Source: Bugula neritina (taxonomy: Eukaryota > Animalia > Bryozoa). From it: a stretch of DNA of 64,000 nucleotides. Under the pieces are notes generated by a model, which worked only from the letters and a program-made list of their open reading frames with translations, was not told the origin of the DNA and did no database searches. Shown here piece by piece: positions 12,101 to 26,100 of the stretch (within the stretch, counting starts at the first letter, position 1; each line of letters begins with the position of its first letter). The translations under genes and the position numbers were made by a program. The stretch covers positions 248,001 through 312,000 of the forward strand of contig OZ037765.1 in NCBI GenBank assembly GCA_964035545.1. Direction: 5' to 3'.

Positions 12101-15100
12101 TGGACAGCTAATATTTAGTTTGACAGAATGAAAAGTGAAGACAAGGACGTGGAGAGAAGGACGTGGAGACAAGGACGTGGAGACAAGGACGTGGAGACAA
12201 GGACGTGGAGAGAAGGACGTGAAGACAAGGATGTGGAGAGAAGGATGTGGAGACAAGGATGTGGAGAGAAGGACGTGGAGACAAGGACGTGGAGAGAAGG
12301 ACGTGAAGACAAGGATGTGGAGAGAAGGATGTGGAGACAAGGATGTGGAGACAAGGACGTGGAGAGTTGGACGTGGAGAGTTGTACTGACCTATTCGAAG
12401 GTCGAGTTCCCGTCTCACCTCTACGGCGTCGTTCTGGAGGTGGTCAGGAGGGCGGAGACTGGATAATGCTCTGTTCACGGAGTTGGCGGTGATTTCTGAG
12501 AACCTGGCTCGGAGCACTTGGATCCGAGGGTTGGCTGAGAAGAAAGTAACAATGGTAGAACCAGCGTTGTTACGGTACAGAGTCACATGGTCAGAGAATA
12601 TAGAGCTGGTATTACCATAGCACGCAGTCATTTTCTATAATTAGTATTTCAATTAGCATTGGCACAGAAACGATTTGTGGCCAGATTTGATATTACGGCG
12701 GTACACATACACCCTGACTAGAATCAACATCGTCATACCACACACCTTGGGTAACCACGTCAATGATTTCAAAGCCAATATTCTCCCCCTCTCTGTCACA
12801 ATCCGTCCAGATGATGAGCTTTTGAGCTCCTCGGGCCTCTCTTTCAAGTGTCCTCTGCAATCACAAGCTTACCTGTACCTCACCTGTACCTTACCTGTAA
12901 CTCACCTATACTCTACCTGTACCTCACCTATACTTTATCTGTACCTCACCTATACTCTACCTGTACCTCACCTATACTCTACCTGTACCTCACCTATACT
13001 CTACCTGTACCTCACCTATACTCTACCTGTACCTCACCTGCACTCTACCTGTAACTCACCTATACTCTACCTGTAACTCACCTATACTTTACCTGTACCT
13101 TACCTATACTCTACCTGTACCTCACCTATACTTTACCTGTACCTCACCTATACTCTACCTGTACCTCACCTATACTTTACCTGTACCTCACCTATACTCT
13201 ACCTGTACCTCACCTATACTCTACCTGTAACTCACCTATACTCTACCTGTACCTCACCTATACTTTACCTGTACCTCACCTATACTCTACCTGTACCTCA
13301 CCTATACTCTACCTGTAACTCACCTATACTCTACCTGTACCTCACCTGTACTCTACCTGTACCTCACCTGTACTCTACCTGTACCTCACCTAAACCTCAC
13401 CTAAACCTCACCTGCTACTAAACCTAAAACCTAGAATTAAACAATATAACAACCTCAAGATAAGCTGAAACTTTAAAGTAGAATTATAACCTCACCGTAA
13501 CTACAATATAACTTTATTCAAGAAATCTATTTAAAAAAACAGTTGCATGGTGTAAAGCAAAATATGATGCACATTCACAAACATATACAATACGGATACA
13601 TAAAATATACAATACGGATATATAAAATATACAATACGGATATATAAAATATATAATACAGATATACGAAATATACAATACGGATATATAAAATATACAA
13701 TACGGATATATAAAATATACAATACGGATATATAAAATATACAATACGGATATATAAAATATACAATACGGATATACGAAATATACAATACGGATATATA
13801 AAATACACAATATGCATATATAAAACATACAATACAGATATATAAAATATACAATACGGATATATAAACTATACAATACGGATATATAAAATATACAATA
13901 CGGATATATAAAATATACAATACGGATATATAAAATATACAATACGGATATATAAAATATACAATACGGATATACAAACTATACAATACGGATATATAAA
14001 ATATACAATACGGATATATAAAATATACAATACGGATATATAAAATATACAATACGGATATACAAACTATACAATACGGATATATAAACTATACAATACG
14101 GATATATAAAATATACAATACGGATATATAAAATATACAATACGGATATATAAACTATACAATACGGATATATAAAATATACAATATGGATATATAAACT
14201 ATACAATACGGATAAATAAACTATACAATACGGATATATAAACTATACAATACGGATATATAAACTATACAATACGGATATACAAACTATACAATACGGA
14301 TATATAAACTATACAATACGGATATATAAAATATACAATACGGATATATAAAATATACAATACGGATATATAAACTATACAATACGGATATATAAAATAT
14401 ACAATACGGATATATAAACTATACAATACGGATAAATAAACTATACAATACGGATATATAAACTATACAATACGGATATATAAACTATACAATACAGATA
14501 TATAAACTATACAATACGGATATATAAAATATACAATACGGATATACGAGAATACACGTTCTCAGAGAGACTCACTTTAATTGGTTGGAACTTGTCTGGT
14601 ACAAACTTGACCAGAGGAGCATCAAAGAGGGCGAGAGGAGAGCAGGACTTCCTGGAAGAAGAGCAGACGACAGTCAATATAATATATTATGTTCTGTTGG
14701 TTATATGAAACCCTACAGACAGACATGCAGAGGGCAGATTAGAGAGTGATAACATACCAGGACTTGTACTGTCCACCAAACTCTACATCTTGTAGGTGAC
14801 CTGACACTGAGGTCATCACCATGGTAACCTGTTGACCTTGAAACATGTAGTCAAACTGATAGATCTTGTTGTACTGCGAAAACCCTTCTCTCTAAAAATC
14901 AAGAAATTATAGAATGAACCGGCCGTAAGTAAGTTACAGGAAACAGAGCAGGTAGAGAGATGTAAGTGCCGCCAACCCAACTGTACGCTGACTTACTCTC
15001 TGAGATGACCCCCGTGACATGACATTAGCAATAGACTTGGCAGCATCGTTCTTCTCAGCCACATTAAGAACTTTCATTCTGAGGGGAGTTACAACTCTGG

Positions 15101-15236
15101 CATCAGAAGACAGAAAAGCTAATCTCTGAACAGCATAGCTTCTTGCAGCCCCACTTGTAGCCAACAAGAAGTCTCTCCCAGTAATATATGCTCTTACATA
15201 GGTTGCAGTCAGTAAGTGTACTCGTGCACAGCTCAT
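5853..15236 (-). CDS. TOP3A: DNA topoisomerase III alpha
   Basis: 21 coding exons: 14997-15236, 14758-14891, 14576-14651, 12746-12854, 12391-12534, 11775-11942, 11454-11499, 11169-11298, 10822-11002, 10598-10704, 10407-10517, 10072-10197, 9802-9991, 9513-9582, 9253-9281, 8816-8953, 8229-8449, 6993-7500, 6639-6798, 6110-6372, 5853-5893. Motifs: [20 protein letters not shown] and [12 protein letters not shown], catalytic [27 protein letters not shown]4 zinc ribbon, two GRF fingers and a CCHC knuckle. Confidence 0.97.
7540..8245 (-). repeat. 36-bp (drifting to ~39) minisatellite containing the TOP3A exon-17 end and donor
   Basis: Unit on the minus strand GAGGGGGACTGTACAGTG|GTGTGTATGCTAATACTA, about 19 copies; real junction at 8229/8228. 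Confidence 0.92.
8446..8773 (-). repeat. 30-bp minisatellite containing the TOP3A exon-17 acceptor
   Basis: Unit on the minus strand TCTCAGAGTTATCTCTCCTTGTCTAG|TAAC, about 11 copies; reads open as ([10 protein letters not shown])n. Confidence 0.92.
8975..9237. repeat. (CTA)n microsatellite in a TOP3A intron
   Basis: Long imperfect cta/ctg run; source of the poly-L and poly-V ORFs. Confidence 0.95.
11530..11760. repeat. 11-bp minisatellite (gtgatacagga)n
   Basis: About 20 imperfect copies filling most of TOP3A intron 11500-11774. Confidence 0.9.
12870..13410. repeat. 22-bp minisatellite (acctcacctatactctacctgt)n
   Basis: About 24 copies; the transcribed (minus) strand is rich in AG|GTAGAG and AG|GTGAGG donor-like motifs. 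Confidence 0.95.
13580..14548. repeat. 22-bp minisatellite (aatatacaatacggatatataa)n
   Basis: About 44 copies in the third TOP3A intron. Confidence 0.95.
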
Positions 15237-16226
15237 CGGCAATCCAATGCAGACGTACACATCTTCTAGCAACGGTCAGTATTCAGATGGCTTTGAAACT
15301 CAATTATTTCTGTAAATATCATCAAGATTCTTGTTCAAGTAACAGCAGCGCTATCAGCAATAGTAGCAGAAATCTAAAAATATCATTTATTAAATTTAAT
15401 TTTATTAGTAATAGTTGGCTGTTGTTTAGAACTGAAGCTAATACTAATACTAATACTAATAGTACCTAGTTATACAGTATAAGTTATAGTGCTTAGCAAT
15501 ATTAATTACATCTAATAGAAATAGTAAAACTAGAGGCAGTAATACTAATAGTAATACTAATAGTAATAGTAATATACTGATACTGATAGTGTTATGACTT
15601 ATGAGCCTCGACCAGTGAAGAGTACTGCTAATCAGTGATACTAACTATATTATTATTATACTTATAGTTATACTATCTAAATTATAAATAGCAATATTAA
15701 TTAGTAATACTATTAGTATTAGTATTAAGTTTACTTTTAGTATATTTTGATTTTCATCTTCATCTTGACTCACAGCTTGAGCTAGTAATACTAATACTAA
15801 TAGTATATCAATATGTAATACTTGAACAAAGTCTATACTAATAGTATTAGTAATACTAATGCTAATAGTGATACTTCAACTTGTCTTATGCTTAAAATAT
15901 TATAATCAATATAACAATTTGAATTACTAGTTAAAAATTTTAATTAGTTGTTTCAATTAGTAAAGAGTGAAAAACCAAAATGAAAATTAGCGGCAGACGT
16001 AGCCTTGAACTTGAGTAGATAATCGTGTGCAAAATTTTGTTTCATGTTCGTTCATTTGTAGTCAAAGGACAGCTAGGAGCAGAGGCAAATATTAAAAAGT
16101 TTTTAGCGTATCAACTATTAAGCTGTATATACAGTTTCCTGTAAAGTTGATGAGACATGTATTTGGTTAATTTTCATTGAGAATTCATATACTCATACTG
16201 TGAATGGTTGGCTAATTATAGATAAG
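15237..16226. promoter_or_regulatory. Probable bidirectional promoter region, TOP3A / PSMD9
   Basis: Divergent ATGs at 15236 (-) and 16227 (+), about 1 kb apart. Individual elements not resolved. Confidence 0.6.
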
Positions 16227-19200
16227 ATGGATGAGCTTCAACTAGAATATAAAGAACTGTCAAAGAAAAAAGAAGAAATTGAATCTCAAATAGCAGAGCT
16301 AAATGAAGTTTTATCAACTGTAAGTTACTTGCACTCTGACACAAACTGAAACTGAGACAGCCACTGTCACTGTCAGTGTCAGTGTTACATCACAGTAGTG
16401 ACGTAGTCACACTCTGACAGTGACTTAGTTATACTTAGTCTTACTGTAAATAAGTGACACTTACAAAATCAGTGTCAGTATGAGTATACTACTTGTATTT
16501 CAATATGACTTGTCCTTTGGCTTTAGCTTGAACTTTAAGAATTTTACTTTTACTTTTTCATTTTCTTGGCGTTTGTCTTAGACTTACTCTTACTCTTAGA
16601 GGTACCGTTGCTGCTACTTTAAGTTTAACTTACAAAATTGAAGTCTATGTCATTATTACGTTTGAATTACAGTAACTGCGAACACCTTCCCCTTGGATTA
16701 CTGCCAAACTAAGCTTAGGGTTATAGTATTAATATAAGTAAATGTAATACTAATAGTAATAGTACTGAGACAGTAAAACTGTTAGGCCTACTGTTGGCGG
16801 AGTAACCATAATTACAATAGGGAATACTTGCATTTTCAGTATCAGTATGAGCATTATTAAGTGAAATGTGAGAACTATTTATAAACTGGAGTCTTGGAGT
16901 TGGTAGTCTGCATCGGCATATAGTAGCAATATGAACGTGAGTAGCAATGTGCATTACTATTAGTATTAGATTTACTATTAGTATTGCTCATAGTATTAGT
17001 ATGGTGTAAATAGTATAACCTAGAAATACTTGCTTCTAAAGTTACTGAGTGGCCTTATTAGTTTGCTCAATATATGCCAACTGACTCTAAGAGGAATATC
17101 AGCTTGAGAAGAGGCTTGGCTCTACACTTGATATAGAACGTACAGTTCTCCTATAACATCGTAACCAAGTGTTAAGGGAACAGTTAACAGAACTATATTC
17201 AGTTCATATGCTTATCTTAGTTATAGAGTGGTAGACTGCTGGTTGTTAGTCTGGATGAAAATGAAGTACCTGACATTCTCGATGCCTCTACTCTCTGAGA
17301 TTGAGGATTAGAAATACTCACCTACTATAACTACAGTTTATATTATACTCTAAGGGACTTTCTACATCAGTAATAAACTTATAATACTAGCTGCTGTTAA
17401 GCTAGGTTAGATTTTGGATGTGTAGTTTTTATAAAAGAAATCATGTTCTAACATGGAGACACTTATACTCAAGTGAACATGTTTTGAAACTGGTTGTAGA
17501 ATGACAATGTGGGGATGGAAGGAGCTCTTGTGGACGTGGAGGGATATCCCCGAGCAGACATAGACGTATATTCTGTACGACACGCTCGTCATCAGATAAT
17601 ATGTTAGTGGAATAAGTTTACCTGCATGTTATTGTGGTTTAGACTAGAGTGATTGAAGGAAAGCTATTGTAGAGTGTGAGCGTCTGAGCATCTAGAATTG
17701 TGTCAACTTGTGGTTTTTAATTTAGCAAGTTTTTAAATACTTCAAAATGGTGAAAATAGGCTCCAAATTTAAACTAAAGTTGTTACAACTGAGTGACGGC
17801 TACATTTGCCAGCTTCTTATCCTATTTCTTGTTGTACACTTGTGATGGTTTATTTATGTTGGGTTTTTCTGTTGAACTGTCAATAAATTATAAACTACTA
17901 AACAGCAGACGGCCTTCAACCATTGAAACAGTTGTGTGCTTCCTCTCAGCTCTCTGGATCTCACAACGTCTGCTATTACAGGTCTAACTAATGACCACAA
18001 AGCTGTGATGAAGGATATCGAGAGCAAGCTCTACCAAATCCATGACTGTGCTAGAAGAACACAGTCCATCTCCACCGGGAATCTCCCCTCAAACTCCCCC
18101 TCCACAAGCACCGCTGCCAGACTCAGGGCCTTCCTCAAAGTCAACCAAGTCAGCACCTCCAGCCCGGCAGCGCTATCGGTTTGTCTCTTCTAGCATTCTG
18201 TAATGACTCAGTAGCTTCTAGTGATGTCTGCAGCTAGTTACTAGTAGTAACTACTAGTAACTAGTTCCAAGGTAACTGGTAACTGTATAACTAGGATAAG
18301 ATTTACCAAATGCAATTTTCTGATGAAAAGCATTTGCACGTTGCTTTATTTCAGGGTCTGCAAACTGATGACATCATCAAGCAGTTTGGCAGTGTCACGG
18401 CAGCCAATTTCAAGACTCTTCAAGACATTTCCCTGGTAGTTCAACACAGTAAAGATGTGAGTGAAACATTCTACATGCTTTCTTGTTCTTTCACAGTAAC
18501 CACCTGCTTGTCCTGTCACAGTAACCACCTGCTTGTCCTGTCACAGTAACCACCTGCTTGTCCTGTCACAGTAACAACCTGCTTGTCCTGTCACAGTAAC
18601 CACCTGCTTGTCCTGTCACAGTAACCACCTGCTTGTCCTGTCACAGTAACCACCTGCTTGTCCTGCCACAGTAACCACCTGCTGTCAGTAGTCAGATCTA
18701 AACTATCACCAGTGCTGTGCTGCTGACAATAGTTTATTATGCAGTTGTCTTCTCATGTATCTTCAAGATGGATGACTCTAGACTGAGAATCATTTGTGAT
18801 AGTTTGTTTCTAGAGTTTTGTCATTTATTCTAATGCTTCAGAAAGTGGTGAAACTGCTGGTGGAGAGAGACGGTCAGGAGCTGAGATTAGAGTTGATTCC
18901 TCGTGTCTGGTCCGGGAGAGGCCTCTTAGGGTGAGTTTTACAGAGATGTGACAACTCCTTCAGCTCAGCACGAGCCCCAGTGACTAGTCAACTAGTTACT
19001 GGTGATCAGTTACTGTTTTCTAGTTAAATAGTGACTAGTGACTAATGACTACTTACTAATGACTAGTTACTAGTTCATAGTCAATGGATGCATGTATCGT
19101 TACTTTTAATTCTTGTTTAGCTGAGCACTGAGCTCTACTTACACAGTTTGAATATGAAAATACTCGGGTAGTCCGTGACAAAAATTATCTCAAAAATATG

Positions 19201-19309
19201 CAAGATTAGTCATAAAAAGACGAATAGTAATCTCCCCCTGAGTGTTTCATTACTTATGTTTTTTAGTTGCAATGTTGTGGACATCCCTTTGACTGATGAC
19301 TCAAAGTAA
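16227..19309 (+). CDS. PSMD9: 26S proteasome non-ATPase regulatory subunit 9 (p27/Nas2 assembly chaperone, PDZ domain)
   Basis: Exons 16227-16319, 17500-17602, 17982-18178, 18355-18456, 18842-18930, 19267-19309. Motifs [58 protein letters not shown] and [17 protein letters not shown]. Phases consistent. Confidence 0.95.
18490..18685. repeat. 25-bp minisatellite (tcacagtaaccacctgcttgtcctg)n
   Basis: About 8 copies in PSMD9 intron 4. Confidence 0.9.
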
Positions 19310-20191
19310 CCCTCAAAGGTACACAAATTTATTGTGATATTTACAGTATACGCTACAGTATACACTACAGTATGTGCTACAGTATGTGCTACAGTATACG
19401 ATACAGTATACGCTACAGTGTACACTAAGTATACGCTACAGTATAGGCTACAGTATACGCTACAGTATGCGCTACAGTATACGGTACAGTATACGCTACA
19501 GTATACGCTACAGTATGTGCTACAGTATATTGTTTAATAGCAAGTATGATTTAATTGTGTCATGTTTTATTCATCAGTTGTAAGTAATATGTATAACATA
19601 CTAGCAAACTAGGCAAGCGTTTGTTAAGGCCCCCTTTAAATGTTAAAGGTAATTTTTTGGCTTGTACATTTAAACATTTATTTATCATAATAAACTAACA
19701 GTTATTGAAAGCAGTAAAACTAATTTCTATCTGAATATCAATAGTTGAATATTTTTAAGAGCTTATCTTGTTGAGCATTTCATAGATTTCATGATATTGA
19801 TTAATAAAATATATTGTAAAGAAACATTTGGTTATAGAAAGAAGAAAATTGGGGAATACAAAAGAAACACAACAAGTGGGTGTGTCTAAATCAATGCATA
19901 CAAAAGTTTAACAGTAAACTAGCTAATTATTCCAAAGAAGATAATCTAACTTCAATTTACTCAAGACTTTGATAATAGAAAAGGAAAAACTTATCAATCT
20001 TGATGGTAGTTTATATTGCAAGTCATATGACAAATAATTACCATTATGTAATCTACATAAATCTAGTTTTCTGTTAAAGCTGCAGTGACACCATAAAGAT
20101 ATGCACTTAATTACATTACTCTTACTAAGACACTTTTTTTATTCTGCAAAATGAATCGAAAGCATTCACCTCCATATCAGAGTTTGAAGTT

Positions 20192-23100
20192 TCAGAATTC
20201 GTCATATATCTTAGCTATCGGCATGTCACTCACACCGCGCCCTTTTCCGATTGACATTCCCCTTTGTGTTGCAAATTTGTTAGTTCCCGCTTGCAGTCCA
20301 ATAATACCTTGACCCGATTGTGACATGCTGCCGCCATCTATATCGGATACATGTCTGACACTACCCATTGACATTCCTTTTTGAGTCGCGTACTTTCCAG
20401 TTCCCAGCTGGGGATTCAAGAGCCCTTGACTTTCCTGTGAAAACTCTCCCGTGTTGATGTCTGAGACGTGTCTAATCGAACCAATCGCCATTCCCTTTTG
20501 TGACGCAAACTTATTTGTTCCTGAAAAAAAGTATAAGTTTATTAAAAGTGATATTCCTAGAAGCATTGTAGCTAGAGGTACCAGAACTACAAGTACCATA
20601 ACTATAAGTGCTATAAATGGAGGCATTATTAAAAGCATCGAAAATAATATAATATGAAGTAATGACATTGAAAAACGAATTAGTTGACTATATAAGGACA
20701 CCAACTTACCAGCCTGTAGGTTGATGACCCCTTGACTCTCCATGGACATGTCATCACTCTTAATATCTGCGGCATGTCTACTTTTCCCCATAGCCATCCC
20801 CTTCTGCGAGGCAAACTGGTTGGTACCCATTTGAGGATTTAGAAGACCTTGTGAATCTCTTGACATGTTCTCCACGTGGATATCAGAGACATGGCGTGAA
20901 CTTCCCATCGACATTCCCTTCTGACTAGCGAACTGATTTGTTCCTAAAAGTTACATAAAAACAATAAACACAATGAACACTGTCTTATTTTACTAAATCA
21001 TACAAAAAGGTTAAACCCCAATCTAAAAATAAAATATTTGTACATTTGCTATCACCAGTTTAAAAAGCATAGTTAGTTTTCTAAAGCTTTAAGAATAAGG
21101 GCTGCTTTAAAATGATTACATATGCATTATAAACCCAAAAGATATTAATGAGTAGAACCTTACCAGCTTGTAAATTGATGACCCCTTGACTCTCCATGGA
21201 CATGTCATCACTCTTAATATCTGCTGCATGTCTACTCTTCCCCATAGCCATCCCCTTCTGTGAGGCAAACTGGTTGGTACCCATCTGAGGATTTAGAAGA
21301 CCCTGTGAATCTCTTGACATGTTATCCACGTGGATATCAGAGACATGGCGTGAACTTCCCATTGACATTCCCTTCTGACTTGCAAATTGATTTGTTCCTA
21401 GAAATTGCATAAAACAAAAACACTTCTTTAAATTTATTAAATTGCACCAAAAAGTTGATACAAATTCAAAATTCATTAATATTTTGTACTTTCTTCATCC
21501 TAAAAAGCATCATATGTTTTCTGGTGTTTAAAGAATGAGGGATGTCTGAAAATGAATACATGTGGGTTGCAAACCAAAATTGATTCATCAAAATATCTAG
21601 AACAGAATATTGATGAGTAGAAACTTACCAGCCTGTAAGTTAATGACCCCTTGACTCTCCATGGACATGTCACCACTCTTAATATCTGCTGCATGTCTAC
21701 TCTTCCCCATAGCCATCCCCTTCTGTGAGGCAAACTGGTTGGTACCCATCTGAGGGTTTAGAAGACCCTGTGAATCTCTTGACATGTTATCCACGTGGAT
21801 ATCAGAGACATGGCGTGAACTTCCCATTGACATTCCCTTCTGACTGGCAAACTGATTTGTTCCTGCGAAATATAGACGGGTAAAATTTTCCATTTTCATT
21901 TAGAAAAAATTTATTAAAATATTGCACATTTATGAGAGTGCTCACCAGAGAGATTCTATTTATTAATGAAATGCCGTTTTATTTGTAACATTTTCTGTAT
22001 CATACAAAGTTTATAGCTTGAACCTTTTTTATGTTGAAACTTAGAATGGCTTGGTTTTTTTAATAAGTCACTGCAACTTTTCCGTTTGATTTGAATCTTT
22101 ATTCACGGAGAGTAATTCATCAGAACTAACATATGTGAAAGAAATCAACTAACCAGCTTGTAAGTTGATGACCCCTTGACTCTCCATGGACATGTCATCA
22201 CTCTTAATATCTGCTGCATGTCTACTCTTCCCCATAGCCATCCCCTTCTGTGAGGCAAACTGGTTGGTACCCATCTGAGGATTTAGAAGACCCTGTGAAT
22301 CTCTTGACATGTTATCCACGTGGATATCAGAGACATGGCGTGAACTTCCCATTGACATTCCCTTCTGACTAGCAAACTTATTTGTTCCTGTAATTTACAT
22401 GAGGCAATGAACACTTTCTTATTTAATTAAATAATACAAAAAAAGTTAAAGCCAAATCTAAAATTGATTATTTGTACTTTTGTTATAACCAGTTTAAAAA
22501 GTGTGTTTAGTTTTCTGAGGCTTTAAGCATGAGGGATGCTTTAAATTGAACACATGTGAACATGTGAGTTACAAACCAAAAGCGATTCATTAAAATATCT
22601 AGAACAGAATTTTGATGAGTAGAAACTTACCAGCTTGTAAGTTGATGACCCCTTGACTCTCCATGGACATGTCACCACTCTTAATATCTGCTGCATGTCT
22701 ACTCTTCCCCATAGCCATCCCCTTCTGTGAGGCAAACTGGTTGGTACCCATCTGAGGGTTTAGAAGACCCTGTGAATCTCTTGACATGTTATCCACATGG
22801 ATATCAGAAACATGGCGTGAACTTCCAAACGACATTCCCTTCTGACTAGCGAACTGATTTGTTCCTGAAATTTATACAAAAAATGAAGACCTCATAAGAG
22901 TAGCATAGCTGGGTGTTGTTTAAGCGCTGATAAACTGAAGTATTTAAATTAATGACTCACAATAAGTATTTAAAATTGATATTTTAAGAGGCTGACTGAT
23001 CTATCATTTGGCACAGTACCAAATGACTACCCAAATGTTCTACTGAGTGCCACGAATCAAGGCCTTAATTGACCAACAGAGATTGCGATAGAGGGTGGTA

Positions 23101-26100
23101 TAGGTATGCGGGAAACACAGGGAGGTATGTAGTGGTATGAAATATGTGTCACCGTCCTACAGTAGTAGCTGGTTTCACTAGATGATGGCCTAATATTACA
23201 CTCCATGAAGCAGCTGATAACCCACTACCCACACCTGTAGGTATCTAAACAGTAAAACATCTTCAGTTTGTATAAAACAACATCTATTTGCTGGTTGGAT
23301 CCTTGACTAGACAATAAAAGGAGGTTTAATGGTAAATAAGCTAAGAAGCAACACCACTAATTTACTGTGTGCCTTGTTCACCTGCCACCTAGCAAGTCTT
23401 GAGTGGTTAGAAAACTTGCCATATACTCATTTTAAATAAGACAATGTGGTGTACACTACAGCCAACTTTCCTTTCTATGATGCCTATTTCACTGGTACAC
23501 ACACTTTTTATGCTAAACTGCAACAACTTCAAGTTTTCCGTTAACCCCAAAAGAGTTTGCTAAGTGACAGCACACTGTAGAGGTTGACCAGAGTCAGAGC
23601 TCTGTAGTCTGGGCAGAGGTTGACCAGACACACAGCTCTGTAGTCTGGGCAGAGGGACACGTGTATACTTTACTGCTACTAGTAACAAAAGCGGCTTAAC
23701 ATAAAATACGACCTTGGGGTGACCTCGGAAAGACAGACAGGAAGTAGGAGTGGATCATGTGACACACAACGAGTATTCGACTCACCCTTTGATCATCTTG
23801 AGTAGTTAGACAAGCTTGCATTTCACTTACAATCATATACATTATGCAATAATTAACATGATTACTGTGCCCACATTGTTTGTGTGTAGCAATACTCTTG
23901 TAAGATAAAGTGACTGCCACTGCATGAGTCCTCCATGACTTAAGTTAATCAGCATTTCTCTATTTAGTTACAAGCTTATGGTAGACCTTGCTAATGAAAT
24001 GCACATACAGGCATAGAAGTAATTAGTTTAAATGCAGTATACTATGAGAATATGTATGCATTATGTACATTGGCAAACATCTTCTCAACAATAAAATTAT
24101 GAGTTTATTCTAATGCAGACGTATTTCACTACAGCAGTTCGTGAGTTCTGCTGACTGAGAAATAGCTTCTTTATTAGATTCTTTTTACATGCATTTAACA
24201 TGAAATTAGATTAAAACAAATATTTACTCTTTTTATTTCTCCCATTAGAAAGTATTGCTTTAGCATAGTTCACATTTTAGTTTAATATCTCGTCATAGTT
24301 ACAGCACATTGCTGTGTATTCACACCATCAACTGTTTCAGCGTAATAGTTATTCATTTAGTTACACTCATTTTCAGTTACATTTATTACTTTGGTTACAA
24401 TTTGCGAAAGTGGAATTTACTTTCATGTTTTCAAAGAATGTAACTTGAACTTTTCCTCAAAGTCTTGGTAAATCGATTATTATAGAAAAAATGTCTATTC
24501 AAGTAGTTAGTATTTTAATCTGAAATAAACTTTATGTTAAGCAATGTTCAATCCCCAAAATATTTTGCCATAGTGTAACAGATGTGTTCGTGTTATTCTG
24601 ACTTCCACTGGACATTAACTCCTGATGCTAGACTAAAAATTTTCCTATTACTAAAATCTGAGAGGACAACTAAAATGCATATCAAAAAACCTAATTCAAC
24701 TAGTTTTCACATAGGTCTAAGTTTAACATGTTTCTTGCTATTTCTATTGCATGTCTACGTTGTCCAAAATATCATTGATTTGACTGACTCTTTAATACAA
24801 CTGACACTCCAGCCTTACAACCAGTCACCATCATCATCTCTATAGACTTGCGTTGCACCTAACACCGGGCGGTAGTCATAGTCGTAGTACCTTCTAAAGT
24901 AATCGCTATTATCACTCACCGCAGAACCCTTCACTTTTAAGTCATTGATGCCACGAGGTTTACCAAAGTTTACGCCATTCTGATTGGCATACTGATTAGT
25001 GCCAGCCTGGAGTCGTATGAATGCCTCACTGTCTGAGCTGGGTCGCCCAGATGCGATGTCGGTGATATGCCGCCCGGCGCCCATGCTCATGCCCGCCTGA
25101 GACGCGCAGCTGTTGGTGCCGGACTGCAGGTTTATGATCCCGTGACTGTTCCTAAGAATGGGAGCCACTCGAATGTCTGAGATATGTCTGACGCTACCCA
25201 TAGACATGCCCGCCTGAGAGGCCCCCCTGTTAGTACCTGCTTGAAGGTTGATGACTCCCTGCGACTCCTGGGCCATGTCGTCTGCTCGTATGTCCGAAAT
25301 GTGTCTCACTGCTCCCATACTCATTCCCTTCTGAGATGCAAACTTGTTGGTTCCTTAAAGTATAGGTTTAATTGTAGATTCAAGTGCTCTCATAGTGTAA
25401 AAACTTACTTGGTGTTATTTGGTACTTTCTATTCTAAACCAAGTTTACAGTAAATAAGAAGCTAGCGATACTTTTAGAACTTATAAATATGAGACACAAC
25501 AGACAACACAGTGTAACATGTTATACTCTAGCCATTAATCCGCATCTTGCACTATTTCAGGACCTGCTCCAATATAATCTGGCAAGTTTTTTGAATTTAC
25601 ATTATTTAAATTAACATTGTCTAAAATATATAACCTTATTCTCATTGTCAATGTGAGCTAACTAGGTTTACACCTGAGTTTGTGTGCAGCCACTGTTAGA
25701 AGTTTACCTGCTTGTAAGTTAACCACACCATGGCTCTCTGGTAAGATGTCGTCTGCTCGTATATCTGAAATGTGTCTTACAGCTCCCATAGACATTCCCT
25801 TCTGACTGGCGAACTTATTGGTGCCGGACTGGAGGTTGATAATACCTTGACCTTCCTGTGTCATTCCGTCTGCTTTGATATCCGAAACATGTCTGACTGC
25901 CCCGATGGACATCCCCTTTTGACTCGCAAACTTATTCGAACCTACAATATTTACAGTCGTTTGGTACTCCCACTGTTTAACCTAGCTTATCTTCAGCTAG
26001 TAGCAATATTCCTACCAAACTTTTATGTATTCTGTTTCCCAACAAGTTCGTACCTGCTTGTAGCCCAATGATCCCCTGTCCAGCTTTCAGCTGCTCGTAG

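Noticed and set aside
8786-14206. Poly-L, poly-V and Y/I-rich ORFs in the track
   Set aside because: All are read-throughs of intronic micro- or minisatellites within TOP3A.
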